DNA of 64,000 nt, from NCBI GenBank assembly GCA_965222715.1, contig OZ244961.1, positions 76,609 through 140,608 of the forward strand, written 5' to 3'. The notes under the pieces are model-generated. The model saw nothing but the letters and a program-made list of their open reading frames with translations. It did no database searches and had not been told where the DNA came from. The position numbers and the translations under genes were made by a program. Positions 27,908 through 38,566 of this stretch are shown here, in pieces (positions within the stretch are counted from its first letter, which is position 1; the number at the start of each line of letters is the position of its first letter). Source of the DNA: Minisyncoccota bacterium (GTDB taxonomy: Bacteria; Patescibacteriota; Minisyncoccia; Phycocordibacterales; JABMNX01).

Positions 27908-27953
27908 TTTTGATTCCCTTGACCCTCACCACTCATTCATATATTATAGGCTC

Positions 27954-28066
27954 GCTGGGAAGCTCGGCACTTCCAGCTCCTCCGACCGGGACGGGCCCCT
28001 CGACTTACCCCCCCCGAGTCGGGGGGCCCACGCCGCACACTTCTGCTATCCACGCAGGAGTTTTTT
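27954..28066 (+). ncRNA. Candidate small RNA
   Basis: TTGACC-N17-TATTAT promoter, two GC-rich hairpins, intrinsic terminator. Confidence 0.55.
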
Positions 28067-28086
28067 ATTTCCTCACTTTTTTACCA

Positions 28087-28722
28087 TCACCCCGAAAGCG
28101 CAAGGCACCATACATTTTTCACTCCAGCAGCTGTAAGTGTTTTTCGTGCTTCATGTAAGGTACTACCCGTTGTTACTACATCATCAAGAATAATAATGGG
28201 TGTATTTAGAAACTCAGAAACTCTTTCTGTCGTGGCAAAAACTCCGCGAACATTGTTTCTCCGTTCTTCTTTTTTCCGTATTTCAGTCTGTGGTTTCGTA
28301 TGTCGAACCTTCTTCAGTATATCTTTGCGTATTTCATAGTGACCATATGATTCAAGGACATCGGTTACTACATGTATCTGATTATATCCGCGCTCACGTT
28401 CTCGTTTTTTAGTAAGAGGAAGGGGAATAATACACAGTCGAGATTCATTAAACATTTTTCGTTCAGCACAGTATTCAAGTACATACTCATGCACCATTTC
28501 TCCAAAAAGGCTTGCCACATGTTGATCATGTTTGTATTTCAGCCTCCAAATCATGTGGCGCACGATAGGTTTTTTATATGAAAACAGTATACGCACACCA
28601 TTTCTTTCTTGAGGAGAAAGAAGTGTAGCAAGATCTTCAGCTCTCATGGTGCGTATTTCTTTCTCTAGATCCTTTGGAGGAAAGATAAGATCAAGAAGTG
28701 ATGTGAGAAGAGTGGTGAACAT
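28087..28722 (-). CDS. comF: ComF family phosphoribosyltransferase-domain protein
   Basis: RERGYNQ and IIILDDVVTTGSTL; divergent from pilM. Confidence 0.9.
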   Translation of the reverse strand: MFTTLLTSLLDLIFPPKDLEKEIRTMRAEDLATLLSPQERNGVRILFSYKKPIVRHMIWRLKYKHDQHVASLFGEMVHEYVLEYCAERKMFNESRLCIIPLPLTKKRERERGYNQIHVVTDVLESYGHYEIRKDILKKVRHTKPQTEIRKKEERRNNVRGVFATTERVSEFLNTPIIILDDVVTTGSTLHEARKTLTAAGVKNVWCLALSG

Positions 28723-28752
28723 AGACGTTATCTACTATAATACCTGCTATAT

Positions 28753-29889
28753 ATGGAAAACCCACTTGATGCGGTGAAAAATTTTATTACCTCATTTACT
28801 TCTCAACGAGATAGTGGCAGTATTTTGGGTATCGACATCGGTTCGTCATCTATCAAAGTAGTGCAGCTCAAGAAAAAACGTGGTGCAGCAGTACTTGAAA
28901 CATATGGTGAGCTCGCGGTTGGACCTTATATGGACCTTGACGTTGGTCGGGCCGCAGCGCTTCCTCCTCAAAAATTGACTGAAGCCCTCAGTGATATTCT
29001 GAACGAAGCAAATGTCACCACAAAATCGTGCGGCGTCTCAATTCCTTTTAGTTCAAGTCTCATTTCAGTAATGTCGCTTCCTAATGTTGACGATGACCAG
29101 CTGGCAAAGATGATTCCTATTGAAGCGCGTAAATACATTCCGGTACCCATCTCAGAGGTGACACTTGACTGGTTTATTATTCCTGAGCAAGAACAAAAGT
29201 ATCTTTCACGAGAAGAGGGTGACAAAGAGGAACAGAATCAAAACAAGAAAGATGTCTTACTTGTTGCAATACATAATGAGGTGTTGAACCGATATCGTGA
29301 TGTGCTTAATAATATAGGTTTGAATGTGTCGTTTTATGAAATAGAAATTTTTGCGACGATTCGTGCCTCTGTGGGGCAGGGCATTGATCCGATTATGGTT
29401 GTTGATATTGGTGCTGCCTCAACAAAAGTCTACATTGTTGAGTTTGGTATTGTGAAAAGTTCTCACCTTATTAATAAAGGTTCGCAAGATATTACACTCG
29501 CGCTCTCTCGTTCGCTTGATATGAGTGTGACAAAAGCAGAACGAATCAAACGTGAGTCAGGAATGCTCGGTACAGGCGAAGGTGCACAAGCAAAAGAAAC
29601 GATTTTATTAACACTCGATTATATATTTTCAGAAGCGAATAGGGTACTATTAAATTATCAGCGAAAGTACAATCGAACAGTGCAGAATGTTGTCTTCACT
29701 GGAGGTGGTTCAGTACTGAAAGGGCTGCAAGAAGAGGCAAACACACGATTCGATACGGAGGTCGTCGTTGCTGATCCATTTGCAAAAACGCAAACACCAG
29801 CATTTCTTGAAGAAGTACTAAAAGAAGTTGGTCCAGAATTCTCGGTTGCTGTTGGTCTTGCGTTACGAAAACTCCAAGAACTGAGATAA
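28753..29889 (+). CDS. pilM: Type IV pilus assembly protein PilM
   Basis: LGIDIGSSSIKVV, VDIGA, FTGGGS, VAVGLALR actin-like motifs. Confidence 0.93.
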   Translation: MENPLDAVKNFITSFTSQRDSGSILGIDIGSSSIKVVQLKKKRGAAVLETYGELAVGPYMDLDVGRAAALPPQKLTEALSDILNEANVTTKSCGVSIPFSSSLISVMSLPNVDDDQLAKMIPIEARKYIPVPISEVTLDWFIIPEQEQKYLSREEGDKEEQNQNKKDVLLVAIHNEVLNRYRDVLNNIGLNVSFYEIEIFATIRASVGQGIDPIMVVDIGAASTKVYIVEFGIVKSSHLINKGSQDITLALSRSLDMSVTKAERIKRESGMLGTGEGAQAKETILLTLDYIFSEANRVLLNYQRKYNRTVQNVVFTGGGSVLKGLQEEANTRFDTEVVVADPFAKTQTPAFLEEVLKEVGPEFSVAVGLALRKLQELR

Positions 29890-29906
29890 TACACACTATA
29901 TAGTAT

Positions 29907-30554
29907 ATGGAGCCGAAATTTCGGAAATCATTTATACCAAAACAGACACTACAGACTTCTGGGTCGAGGCGTTCATCCTCAGGAGCTAAGCCCTTTGGTA
30001 TTATCACGCTCATTGCTCTCATTCTTGCACTCGGAGCGATTGTACTCTCGGTAGGTGCATTTCTCTATCAACAACTACTTGAGGGGGGCATTACCAGAAA
30101 AGGTGAGACCCTTGAACGAGCGCGCGAGGCATTTGAGCCAGCACTTATTGAAGAATTGGTTCGAGTTGATGAACGACTGGAAAATGCAGAAGATATCCTC
30201 GCTTCCCATGTGGCACTTTCTGCGTTTTTTGAAGAGCTTGAAGATCGAACACTCAAAAGTGTGCGTTTTGAAGACTTTAACTTAACGCGAGTAAGTGATG
30301 ACCGTATTAATATCTCAATGCGTGGAGTCGCAGATGATTTTAACGGCATTGCACTTCAAGCTGATATTTTTGGTAAGAGTAAAGTTATTCGTGAACCAAT
30401 TTTTTCTAACCTCAATATAAATCAAGAGGGGCGTGCGGTGTTTCAAATGACTGCATTCGTTGACCAATCATCAACCAGTTTTACCAGTCAGGTCGATAGT
30501 GGTGCCTTTCAACGGTCGATACAGGGTGTAGAAGCTGAAGGAAGTTCTAATTAA
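29907..30554 (+). CDS. pilN: PilN-like protein
   Basis: Single TM plus coiled coil; follows pilM. Confidence 0.65.
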   Translation: MEPKFRKSFIPKQTLQTSGSRRSSSGAKPFGIITLIALILALGAIVLSVGAFLYQQLLEGGITRKGETLERAREAFEPALIEELVRVDERLENAEDILASHVALSAFFEELEDRTLKSVRFEDFNLTRVSDDRINISMRGVADDFNGIALQADIFGKSKVIREPIFSNLNINQEGRAVFQMTAFVDQSSTSFTSQVDSGAFQRSIQGVEAEGSSN

Positions 30555-30560
30555 TACACT

Positions 30561-31100
30561 ATGATTCGTCTTTTTGTTCCAATCTTACTCGTCGGCGTCG
30601 CACTCGGATTGTTTTTTGGGTATATCGACCCAACGTACACAAAAATTAAAACATTACAGGCTGAAGAAGCACGTTTTGACCAAGCGCTTGAGCAGTCGCG
30701 AGAATTACAATCAGTTCGTGACTCGCTTCTCTCTCGGTACAACACATTTCCTACTGGAGAATTACGTCGTCTAGAAAAGATGCTTCCTGATAACGTTGAT
30801 AATGTTCGACTTATTCTTGATATTGATAGCATGGCAGCGCGCTACAATATGCGAACCCGTAACGTCACCATTTCAGGTGCAAATGGTGAGGAAAATGAAG
30901 TGATTGGAGGTAATCAGGGTGCGGTTGGTTCTGTTATTTTAAGTTTCTCTGTTGCAGCTGAGTATGACAACTTCCTTCGTTTCTTACGCGACCTAGAACA
31001 GAGCTTACGTATTGTTGATTTGGTCGGCTTGTCATTTGATTCATCAGAAGGTGACGCATACACCTTTAATGTTAGCTTAAAAACCTATTGGTTGAAGTAA
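30561..31100 (+). CDS. pilO: PilO-like protein
   Basis: TM, coiled coil, KMLP, YDNFLRFLRDLEQSLRIVD. Confidence 0.8.
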   Translation: MIRLFVPILLVGVALGLFFGYIDPTYTKIKTLQAEEARFDQALEQSRELQSVRDSLLSRYNTFPTGELRRLEKMLPDNVDNVRLILDIDSMAARYNMRTRNVTISGANGEENEVIGGNQGAVGSVILSFSVAAEYDNFLRFLRDLEQSLRIVDLVGLSFDSSEGDAYTFNVSLKTYWLK

Positions 31101-31104
31101 TACT

Positions 31105-31422
31105 ATGAATGAATTACTACAAAAATACAAAAACCCTCTCATCGTCCTTGGCGTTGTTGTTGTCGCATTTTTTATTTATTCAGCATTCTTTGGTGGTGGA
31201 AGCAGTAGCCCGAATGTACTGACTTCACAGACTCCTCAAAATCAAGTTGCTGGTAACAGTGAATTACTTACCCTTCTCCTTAACTTACGTTCGATCACCT
31301 TAGATGAATCACTTTTCGGTGATCCAGCATTTGATGCACTTATTGATTTTGGTCAAGAGTTAAGCCCTGAACCAACAGGAAGAGAGAATCCATTTTCTCC
31401 GGTTGGTTCAGACGCTATTTAA
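31105..31422 (+). CDS. Pilus-locus membrane protein (PilP-like position)
   Basis: N-terminal TM and C-terminal GRENPF motif. Confidence 0.7.
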   Translation: MNELLQKYKNPLIVLGVVVVAFFIYSAFFGGGSSSPNVLTSQTPQNQVAGNSELLTLLLNLRSITLDESLFGDPAFDALIDFGQELSPEPTGRENPFSPVGSDAI

Positions 31423-31435
31423 TTAATTTTGTGGT

Positions 31436-33220
31436 ATGGATTTACTTTCTGCCCTCGTTGAACGAAATATTATTGACAGCACAGAGATTCAAGCAATACA
31501 ACAAGAAGTACAAACTGGGGCTGAGACAATTGAAGATGCATTGGTAAAACGGGGAATCTCACCTGAAGATATTTTGAGCATTAAAGGTGAGATACTCAAT
31601 GTGCCAACTCGGGTCGTTGAAGAAACTATCCCGTTTGAAGTTTTGAAATATATTCCAGAAGATTCGGCGACGCACTACAGTTTTGTACCGCTCGGAGTTT
31701 CAGATGGGGTGCTTGAAGTGGGTGTTGTTGATCCGGATAATATGGAAGCGCTTGATGCACTTAATTTTATCTCTTCAAAAATAAATCTTCCGTATAAAGT
31801 ATTTTTAATATCAGAAGCTGACCTGAAGAGAGTGCTTGCCATGTACAAAGGTCTCACTGGTGAGGTCAATAAAGCGCTTTCAGAGCTCGAAACAGAATTA
31901 TCTGATGATCTGAAAAAGATTGGTACAGATGAAGAAGGAGACGACGAGTCAGAGATAGGAACTGTTGATGCGCCGGACAGTGCCACGCATATTATTGAGG
32001 ACGCACCAGTAACAAAGATTGTTGCAACCGTACTTGGATACGCTGTTGATGGGCGAGCATCCGACATTCACATTGAGCATGCCGGGGATAAGGTTAAAGT
32101 CCGATTTCGTGTTGATGGTGAGTTGAGTACTCGACTACTTCTCCCTAAGAATGTCCACCGTGCGGTAGTTGCGCGTATTAAAATACTCTCATCAATGCGA
32201 CTTGATGAGCGTCGAAAGCCACAAGATGGACGCTTCTCAACAAAGATAAAAGGAAGGAAGGTTGATTTTCGTGTCTCAACATTCCCCACATACCATGGTG
32301 AGAAGGTGGTAATGCGTATCTTAGATCAGTCGCAAGGACTCTACACACTTGAAGAGATTGGATTTCAAAAAGATCATCTTGAAATGGTACGACGTGCGGT
32401 GAAAAAGCCATTCGGCATGATTCTCATTTCAGGACCAACTGGTTCAGGTAAGAGTACAACACTCTACGCCATGCTTAATGAACTCGATAAAGAAACCCGA
32501 AACGTGCTTTCTCTTGAAGATCCGGTTGAGTACAACATGCCAGGTGTGAGCCAATCTCAAGTGCGTCCAGAGATTGGGTACACATTTGCGACCGGTCTTC
32601 GTACCACACTTCGTCAAGACCCCGACGTTATTATGGTGGGTGAGATACGAGACAAAGAGACAGCACAGCTTGCGGTTCAGGCTGCGCTTACTGGACACCT
32701 CGTACTCTCAACTATTCACACCAATGATGCTGTTGGTGTTATTCCACGACTTCTCGATATGGAAGTTGATCCATTCCTTGTTGCACCAACACTTGTTCTT
32801 ACCATTGCACAACGTCTTACCAGAAAACTGTGTGACGGCCCAACAACACCTATTGCTGTTGATGGTAGTCTCAAGCTCATGATTGATAATCAGTTTAGCG
32901 ACCTTCCAGCAGAAGTTAAAAAGAATTTACCGAAGATTGATACGCTACATGAGGCTAAGGCTACAGAAGAATGCCCAAGTGGTACACGGGGCCGTATCGG
33001 AGTCTTTGAAATGTTTGAAATGAATAAAGAAATTGAAAAGGTAATACTAGACAATCCAGTTGAAACAGATATTTATAATATTGCACGCAAGAACGGTATG
33101 TTGACGATGAAGGAAGATGCGATCATTAAATCAACTCAAAAATTGGTGCCATTTAAAGAAGTGAATACATTAGGTGGTGTGTTATTAAAAGACGACCCGA
33201 GTGAAGAAGACACTGTATGA
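31436..33220 (+). CDS. pilB: Type IV pilus extension ATPase (GspE/PulE family)
   Basis: ASDIHIE, PQDGR, GPTGSGKSTT, LRQDPD, TGHLVLST. Confidence 0.94.
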   Translation: MDLLSALVERNIIDSTEIQAIQQEVQTGAETIEDALVKRGISPEDILSIKGEILNVPTRVVEETIPFEVLKYIPEDSATHYSFVPLGVSDGVLEVGVVDPDNMEALDALNFISSKINLPYKVFLISEADLKRVLAMYKGLTGEVNKALSELETELSDDLKKIGTDEEGDDESEIGTVDAPDSATHIIEDAPVTKIVATVLGYAVDGRASDIHIEHAGDKVKVRFRVDGELSTRLLLPKNVHRAVVARIKILSSMRLDERRKPQDGRFSTKIKGRKVDFRVSTFPTYHGEKVVMRILDQSQGLYTLEEIGFQKDHLEMVRRAVKKPFGMILISGPTGSGKSTTLYAMLNELDKETRNVLSLEDPVEYNMPGVSQSQVRPEIGYTFATGLRTTLRQDPDVIMVGEIRDKETAQLAVQAALTGHLVLSTIHTNDAVGVIPRLLDMEVDPFLVAPTLVLTIAQRLTRKLCDGPTTPIAVDGSLKLMIDNQFSDLPAEVKKNLPKIDTLHEAKATEECPSGTRGRIGVFEMFEMNKEIEKVILDNPVETDIYNIARKNGMLTMKEDAIIKSTQKLVPFKEVNTLGGVLLKDDPSEEDTV

Positions 33221-33612
33221 ATGCTGTAGATACACAACCAATTCTGCTTGTGGATGATGACAAGTTTTTGCTTGATATGTACAGCACAAAGTTTCGTGAA
33301 GAAGGGAAGGTTGTCGAGGTGTGTTTTGGTGGCGCTGAAGCTCTTGAGAAACTTCGTGAAGGTCTTAAGCCTGTTGCCGTTATACTTGATGTAGTGATGC
33401 CGAACCCCGATGGTCTTGAAGTGTTAGAAACCATAAAGAAGGAGAAGCTTGGAGGAGACCCAATGGTTATCATGCTTTCAAACCAGGGCGAGCAAAGAGA
33501 TATCAATCGAGCAAAAGAACTTGGTGCAGATGGATACATTGTGAAAGCAAGTGCAATTCCATCCGAGGTATTAGAGCAAGTTGATGCTATTATAAAAGGT
33601 ACACAAAAATAA
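33217..33612 (+). CDS. Stand-alone response regulator receiver
   Basis: LLVDDD, ILDVVMP, MLSN, YIVK. Confidence 0.9.
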   Translation: MNAVDTQPILLVDDDKFLLDMYSTKFREEGKVVEVCFGGAEALEKLREGLKPVAVILDVVMPNPDGLEVLETIKKEKLGGDPMVIMLSNQGEQRDINRAKELGADGYIVKASAIPSEVLEQVDAIIKGTQK

Positions 33613-33620
33613 CGTAACGT

Positions 33621-34682
33621 ATGGAATATAGTACACAGATAAAAACACTACTAGATCGACTGGTAAAAGAAGGCGGCTCTGACCTCCACCTTTCAGCTGG
33701 AGTGTACCCAGCAATCCGTGTCTCCGGATCTTTAGTGCCTCTCTCAGACATGCCGATTCTTACCAAAGAAGATACGCTCGGGCTCATCTCAGAACTCCTT
33801 AATGAAGAGCAACGAAGTGAATTTCTTACAAACCAAGAAATAGACTTTTCATACACCTTTGGTGAGAAAATGCGACTTCGGGGAAATGGCTTTTTTCAGA
33901 GAGGTTCAGTAAGTGTCGCTCTGAGACTCATACCAAATAAAATTCAAACACTTGAAGAGCTTAACTTACCAACGTCATTGTATGAATTTGCACGTCGGCA
34001 ACAAGGATTCTTTTTGGTGGTTGGCCCAGTAGGACAGGGAAAATCAACAACTCTCGCATCACTACTTGAATCAATTAATCAAGAACGACCCGAGCATATT
34101 GTGACCATTGAAGATCCAATTGAGTATGTGTTTGAACAAAAAAAATCAATTATTGATCAACGAGAGGTGCGTATTGATACAAAAGATTTTGCGACCGCAC
34201 TAAAGTCAGTTTTTCGACAAGATGTTGATGTCATTATGATTGGTGAGATGCGAGGTCCTGAAACCATGGCAGCAGCGGTTACTGCTGCTGAGACCGGGCA
34301 CTTAGTTTTCTCCACTCTCCATACTAATAATGCTGCTCAGACAATTGATCGTATCATTGATACATTCCCTGCAGGTCAACAAGATCAAATTAGAATTCAA
34401 CTCTCTGTCTCTCTTGCTGGTATTTTCTCACAACGACTTATACCGCGAGTGTCAGGTGGACTCATTCCAGCGTATGAACTTCTTATTAATAACAAAGCGG
34501 TTGCAAACCTTATCCGGGAAAAACGCACGCACGAGGTTAATACGGTAATTGAAACAGGGTCTGACGAGGGTATGGTTGATATGAATCGTTCACTTGCTGA
34601 TTTGGTGCGTAGAGGTGAGGTCTCGGTTGAAAATGCGTACGCTCGTTCGCTCAACCCGCAAGTATTAGAGAAATTCTTATAA
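33621..34682 (+). CDS. pilT: Type IV pilus retraction ATPase
   Basis: SDLHL, GPVGQGKSTT, AETGHLVFSTLHT, ANLIRE. Confidence 0.94.
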   Translation: MEYSTQIKTLLDRLVKEGGSDLHLSAGVYPAIRVSGSLVPLSDMPILTKEDTLGLISELLNEEQRSEFLTNQEIDFSYTFGEKMRLRGNGFFQRGSVSVALRLIPNKIQTLEELNLPTSLYEFARRQQGFFLVVGPVGQGKSTTLASLLESINQERPEHIVTIEDPIEYVFEQKKSIIDQREVRIDTKDFATALKSVFRQDVDVIMIGEMRGPETMAAAVTAAETGHLVFSTLHTNNAAQTIDRIIDTFPAGQQDQIRIQLSVSLAGIFSQRLIPRVSGGLIPAYELLINNKAVANLIREKRTHEVNTVIETGSDEGMVDMNRSLADLVRRGEVSVENAYARSLNPQVLEKFL

Positions 34683-34689
34683 TAGTTTT

Positions 34690-35898
34690 ATGCTTTTTAA
34701 CTATAACGTCATCGATCAACAAGGAAGTAAGCAGTCGGGAAGTATCGACGCGATTAATATTGATGTTGCTATCAGCTCGTTACAACGCCGTGGCTTCACC
34801 ATCTCATCAATTAATCCGGCAGGAGAAGAGACAAGTATATTTAAAAAAGAGATCACCATCTTTCAGACGGTTTCAAACAAAGAGGTGGTTATTCTCTCTC
34901 GACAGATCGCGACTCTTTTTGAAGCACAAGTCTCAGCGCTTCGTGTCTTTCGACTGCTTTCTTCAGAAATGGAGAATCCTAAACTTCAACAAGTGCTCAC
35001 GACTGTTGCTGACGATCTTCAAGGAGGAGGAACTATTTCAAACGCGCTAGGCAAGCACCCAAAGGTATTTTCTTCTTTTTATGTTGGTATGGTCCGGGCG
35101 GGCGAAGAGTCTGGGCAACTTGATAAAACGTTCTCATTTCTTGCTGACTATCTTGATCGAACCTATGAGGTAAGTATGAAGGCGCGTAACGCGCTCATTT
35201 ATCCTGCCTTTGTTATTACCACCTTTGTGGTGGTGATGATTCTGATGCTCACTTTGGTTATTCCACGGTTAAGTGCGATTTTGCTTGAGTCCGGGCAAGC
35301 TATTCCGATTTATACCCAAATTGTTATTGGTTTAAGTAATTTCCTCATAAATTACGGAATATTCTTTCTCATTTTAGTGGTGATTGGTGGTTTCTTCGTG
35401 TGGCGTTTTCTTCAGACCCCTCGAGGTAGACGGTCATTAGCTGAGTTCCAACTTGCAGTACCATACATTGGTGAGTTATATCGAAAACTCTATCTATCTC
35501 GTATTTCTGATAACTTAAACACCATGCTTTCAAGTGGTATTCAAATGGTACGAGCGGTTGAGATTACCTCAACGGTTGTCGGGAACGCTTTGTATGAAGA
35601 AAAACTTGAGGAAGTGCTTGAAAAAATTAAAGGAGGAACACAGCTCTCAGAAGCACTAAGTGAACATCCTGAATTTCCAGGTATTTTTGTGCAAATGATG
35701 AAGGTGGGAGAAGAAAGTGGTGAGTTGGGAAGTATTCTTAATACCCTTGCTAAATTCTATCGGCGTGAGGTTAATGGTGCGGTAGACACCCTTGTTAACC
35801 TTATTGAGCCGGTCATGATCGTTGTTCTCGGTCTTGGTGTCGGTTTTCTCCTTGCGTCAGTATTGATACCGATTTACAACATTTCTGCAGCTATTTAA
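34690..35898 (+). CDS. pilC: Type IV pilus platform protein (GspF family)
   Basis: Duplicated GEESG-L motifs, ALIYP, LIEP. Confidence 0.94.
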   Translation: MLFNYNVIDQQGSKQSGSIDAINIDVAISSLQRRGFTISSINPAGEETSIFKKEITIFQTVSNKEVVILSRQIATLFEAQVSALRVFRLLSSEMENPKLQQVLTTVADDLQGGGTISNALGKHPKVFSSFYVGMVRAGEESGQLDKTFSFLADYLDRTYEVSMKARNALIYPAFVITTFVVVMILMLTLVIPRLSAILLESGQAIPIYTQIVIGLSNFLINYGIFFLILVVIGGFFVWRFLQTPRGRRSLAEFQLAVPYIGELYRKLYLSRISDNLNTMLSSGIQMVRAVEITSTVVGNALYEEKLEEVLEKIKGGTQLSEALSEHPEFPGIFVQMMKVGEESGELGSILNTLAKFYRREVNGAVDTLVNLIEPVMIVVLGLGVGFLLASVLIPIYNISAAI

Positions 35899-36017
35899 TA
35901 CTTATCCACACACTCTGTTACTCAGGGTAGTGCTAAAGAATTATACTGTACAGTAACAACATTGTAGTGTATTCTTTAAACTATACTGCAAGTATATAAA
36001 CATTTTACTTTTTAGAT

Positions 36018-36470
36018 ATGATTCATAAAAAACATACACAGCGAGGATTTACACTCATTGAGTTGCTCGTGGTAATTGCCATCATTGGTATTCTTTCATC
36101 TGTTGTGTTGGCGTCACTCAACAGTGCCCGTGAAAAGTCGAGAGACGCACGACGTATTTCAGACATTAAGCAAATTCAACTTGCACTTGAGCTCTACTTT
36201 GATTCAAACGCTGCATACCCAACGACAACAACATCACTTGCACCAAGTTATATTGCAACGAACCCAACAGACCCAACAACGGGTTCAGCGTATTCGTACG
36301 CTGCACTTGGTTCTGGTTCAACCTGTTCAAGTTACCACCTCGGTGCAACACTTGAGAATGCTTCACACAGTGCCCTTAGTTCAGACATTGATGCAGCAGC
36401 CGGGACTGCGTGCACTGGTAGTGCCTCTGACTTTGCGGGAACCGATCCGATCTACGACGTAAAACCGTAA
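36018..36470 (+). CDS. Probable major type IV pilin
   Basis: Class III signal RG/FTLIELLVVIAIIGIL; C-terminal Cys pair; own upstream region and terminator. Confidence 0.9.
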   Translation: MIHKKHTQRGFTLIELLVVIAIIGILSSVVLASLNSAREKSRDARRISDIKQIQLALELYFDSNAAYPTTTTSLAPSYIATNPTDPTTGSAYSYAALGSGSTCSSYHLGATLENASHSALSSDIDAAAGTACTGSASDFAGTDPIYDVKP

Positions 36471-36545
36471 TCACTTATCTCCTAAAGTTATAGTAAACAC
36501 CTCGTACATCGAGGTGTTTCTATTTTGAGGTATACTGATTGTTGT

Positions 36546-37346
36546 ATGAACATACTCCTTGGTTTTTTTGTTTTTATATTTGGTGCAATTATTGGTAGTT
36601 TCCTTAATGTGGTGTCACTTCGCTTTAATACGGGGAAAGACTTCTACACTCCTTCATCATGTCAATCATGTGGAGTAAGACTTCGGTGGTATGAGTTACT
36701 TCCTATTCTTTCATTTCTATTTCAAAAAGGGAGATGTCGATCCTGTAATAGTAGCGTTTCACTACAATACCCACTTGTAGAAGGGGTAACTGGACTTATT
36801 TTTTTAGCACTCTTTCTTACGCCGATGTCACTCTATGATGCACTTATACTTGCAGTTATTACGTCACTATTAATTGTTATTGCAGTCTATGATATTCGCC
36901 ACAGCATTGTTCCGAACACATTAGTGTACATGTTTATTCTTATTTCGTTCCTTCTTTTATTTTTTGATACTTCACTAGTAACATTTTCATATCCTTCTTT
37001 CTCTGCGTTTATAGCTGGGCCGGTACTGGCACTCCCTATATGGCTACTGTGGCATGTCTCTTCAGGTCGATGGATTGGTTTAGGTGATGCCAAATTATTT
37101 CTTGGAGTCGGGTGGTTTCTCGGTTTATATGAAGGAATTTCAGCTTTTATTATCTCTTTTTGGATAGGGGCTGCTTTTGGCATATTACTTATCTTTGCTC
37201 GGTATATTTCACGAACAACTCAATTGAATTTAGGCACAAAACCGCTTACAATTAAAAACGAGATACCATTTGCACCGTTTATTATTGCAAGTTTTCTGAT
37301 TGTCGCTCTCTACAATATTAATATAATCACCTTTCTACTTATATAA
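36546..37346 (+). CDS. pilD: Prepilin peptidase
   Basis: GSFLNVV, two CxxC pairs, GLGDAKL, IPFAPF. Confidence 0.94.
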   Translation: MNILLGFFVFIFGAIIGSFLNVVSLRFNTGKDFYTPSSCQSCGVRLRWYELLPILSFLFQKGRCRSCNSSVSLQYPLVEGVTGLIFLALFLTPMSLYDALILAVITSLLIVIAVYDIRHSIVPNTLVYMFILISFLLLFFDTSLVTFSYPSFSAFIAGPVLALPIWLLWHVSSGRWIGLGDAKLFLGVGWFLGLYEGISAFIISFWIGAAFGILLIFARYISRTTQLNLGTKPLTIKNEIPFAPFIIASFLIVALYNINIITFLLI

Positions 37347-37957
37347 TGAGTCGCATTCGCTCACTGTTGAGTCATAAAAAAAGAATAGATGGATTTTCCA
37401 TGATAGAGTTAGTGGTCTCAGGAACTATTTTAGTGGTCATTACTACAGTTGTATTAGTTAACCATGCTGCGTTTGGAGGAAATATACTAATTGGAAGCCT
37501 TGCGTATGACGTTGGTCTTTCAATTCGACAAGCACAAGTATTTGGTCTTAGTGTACGTGAGTTTGGTACAGGAAGCGGACAGTTTGATGTTGGGTATGGT
37601 GTACACTTTGATATTGATAACCCAACAAGCTACTCCCTTTTTGCAGACGTTGATAAGAACAGAGTCTACAACACTGGTGACGGAATTGAAGAGGTGTTTA
37701 CCATCAGTAGAGGGTTTTCGTTAAAAAAATTGTGTGTGACAACAGTAGCATCTACTGAAATATGTAGTGATGTTGATGATGTTTCAACACTCGACGTTGC
37801 GTTCATTAGACCAGATCCAGACGCGTATCTCCGTATTAATGGAGACGGTGCTACTAGTTACCAGAGTGCTCGTGTTGTTGTTCAGTCACCACGAGGTGAA
37901 GAGCGAGAAGTAAACGTTGAATCAACTGGCCAGATTTCAATTTCTCAAACTGAATAA
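37346..37957 (+). CDS. Minor pilin
   Basis: G/FSMIELVV N-methylation motif. Confidence 0.85.
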   Translation: MSRIRSLLSHKKRIDGFSMIELVVSGTILVVITTVVLVNHAAFGGNILIGSLAYDVGLSIRQAQVFGLSVREFGTGSGQFDVGYGVHFDIDNPTSYSLFADVDKNRVYNTGDGIEEVFTISRGFSLKKLCVTTVASTEICSDVDDVSTLDVAFIRPDPDAYLRINGDGATSYQSARVVVQSPRGEEREVNVESTGQISISQTE

Positions 37958-37966
37958 ATAGTACTT

Positions 37967-38563
37967 ATGCCGCATTTTTCTAATACATACAGAAAACATA
38001 AACATACAAAAGGATTCTCTCTCATTGAGATCATGGTAGCCGTTTCTTTATTTGCTGTTGTGGTGACTATCAGTATTGGTGCACTACTCTCTCTTGTTGA
38101 AGCAAACCGAAAAGCACAGGCCTTAAACTCAGTTATGAATAACCTTAATTTTGCACTTGAGAACATGTCTCGCAATATGCGCATTGGATCTCAATACCAC
38201 TGCAATGATTCAATTACTGTCCCTGGGAATATCGAGAGTACTAAGGACTGTGCAAACGGAGGGGTATTGGTTGGTTTTGAGGCTTTTGATGGGGATCCAA
38301 CTGATCCCTCTGATCAAATTATTTATCGATTTAACAACAGTCGTATTGAAAAATCTTCAGATGGAGGAACAACGTTTGTTGCAATAACCGCTTCAGAAGT
38401 AACGATTAATGAGATGTCATTTTATGTTGTGGGAACAACCAGAGGTGACGCAAGTCAACCAAGAATCATCATGACCGTAGACGGTTCAGCCGGTATCAGC
38501 AGTCGAGTCCAAGCAGATTTTAATTTACAAACGACAATTTCTCAGCGAGTACTAGACCTATAG
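37967..38563 (+). CDS. Minor pilin (PilW-like)
   Basis: KG/FSLIEIMVAV. Confidence 0.85.
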   Translation: MPHFSNTYRKHKHTKGFSLIEIMVAVSLFAVVVTISIGALLSLVEANRKAQALNSVMNNLNFALENMSRNMRIGSQYHCNDSITVPGNIESTKDCANGGVLVGFEAFDGDPTDPSDQIIYRFNNSRIEKSSDGGTTFVAITASEVTINEMSFYVVGTTRGDASQPRIIMTVDGSAGISSRVQADFNLQTTISQRVLDL

Positions 38564-38566
38564 TGT

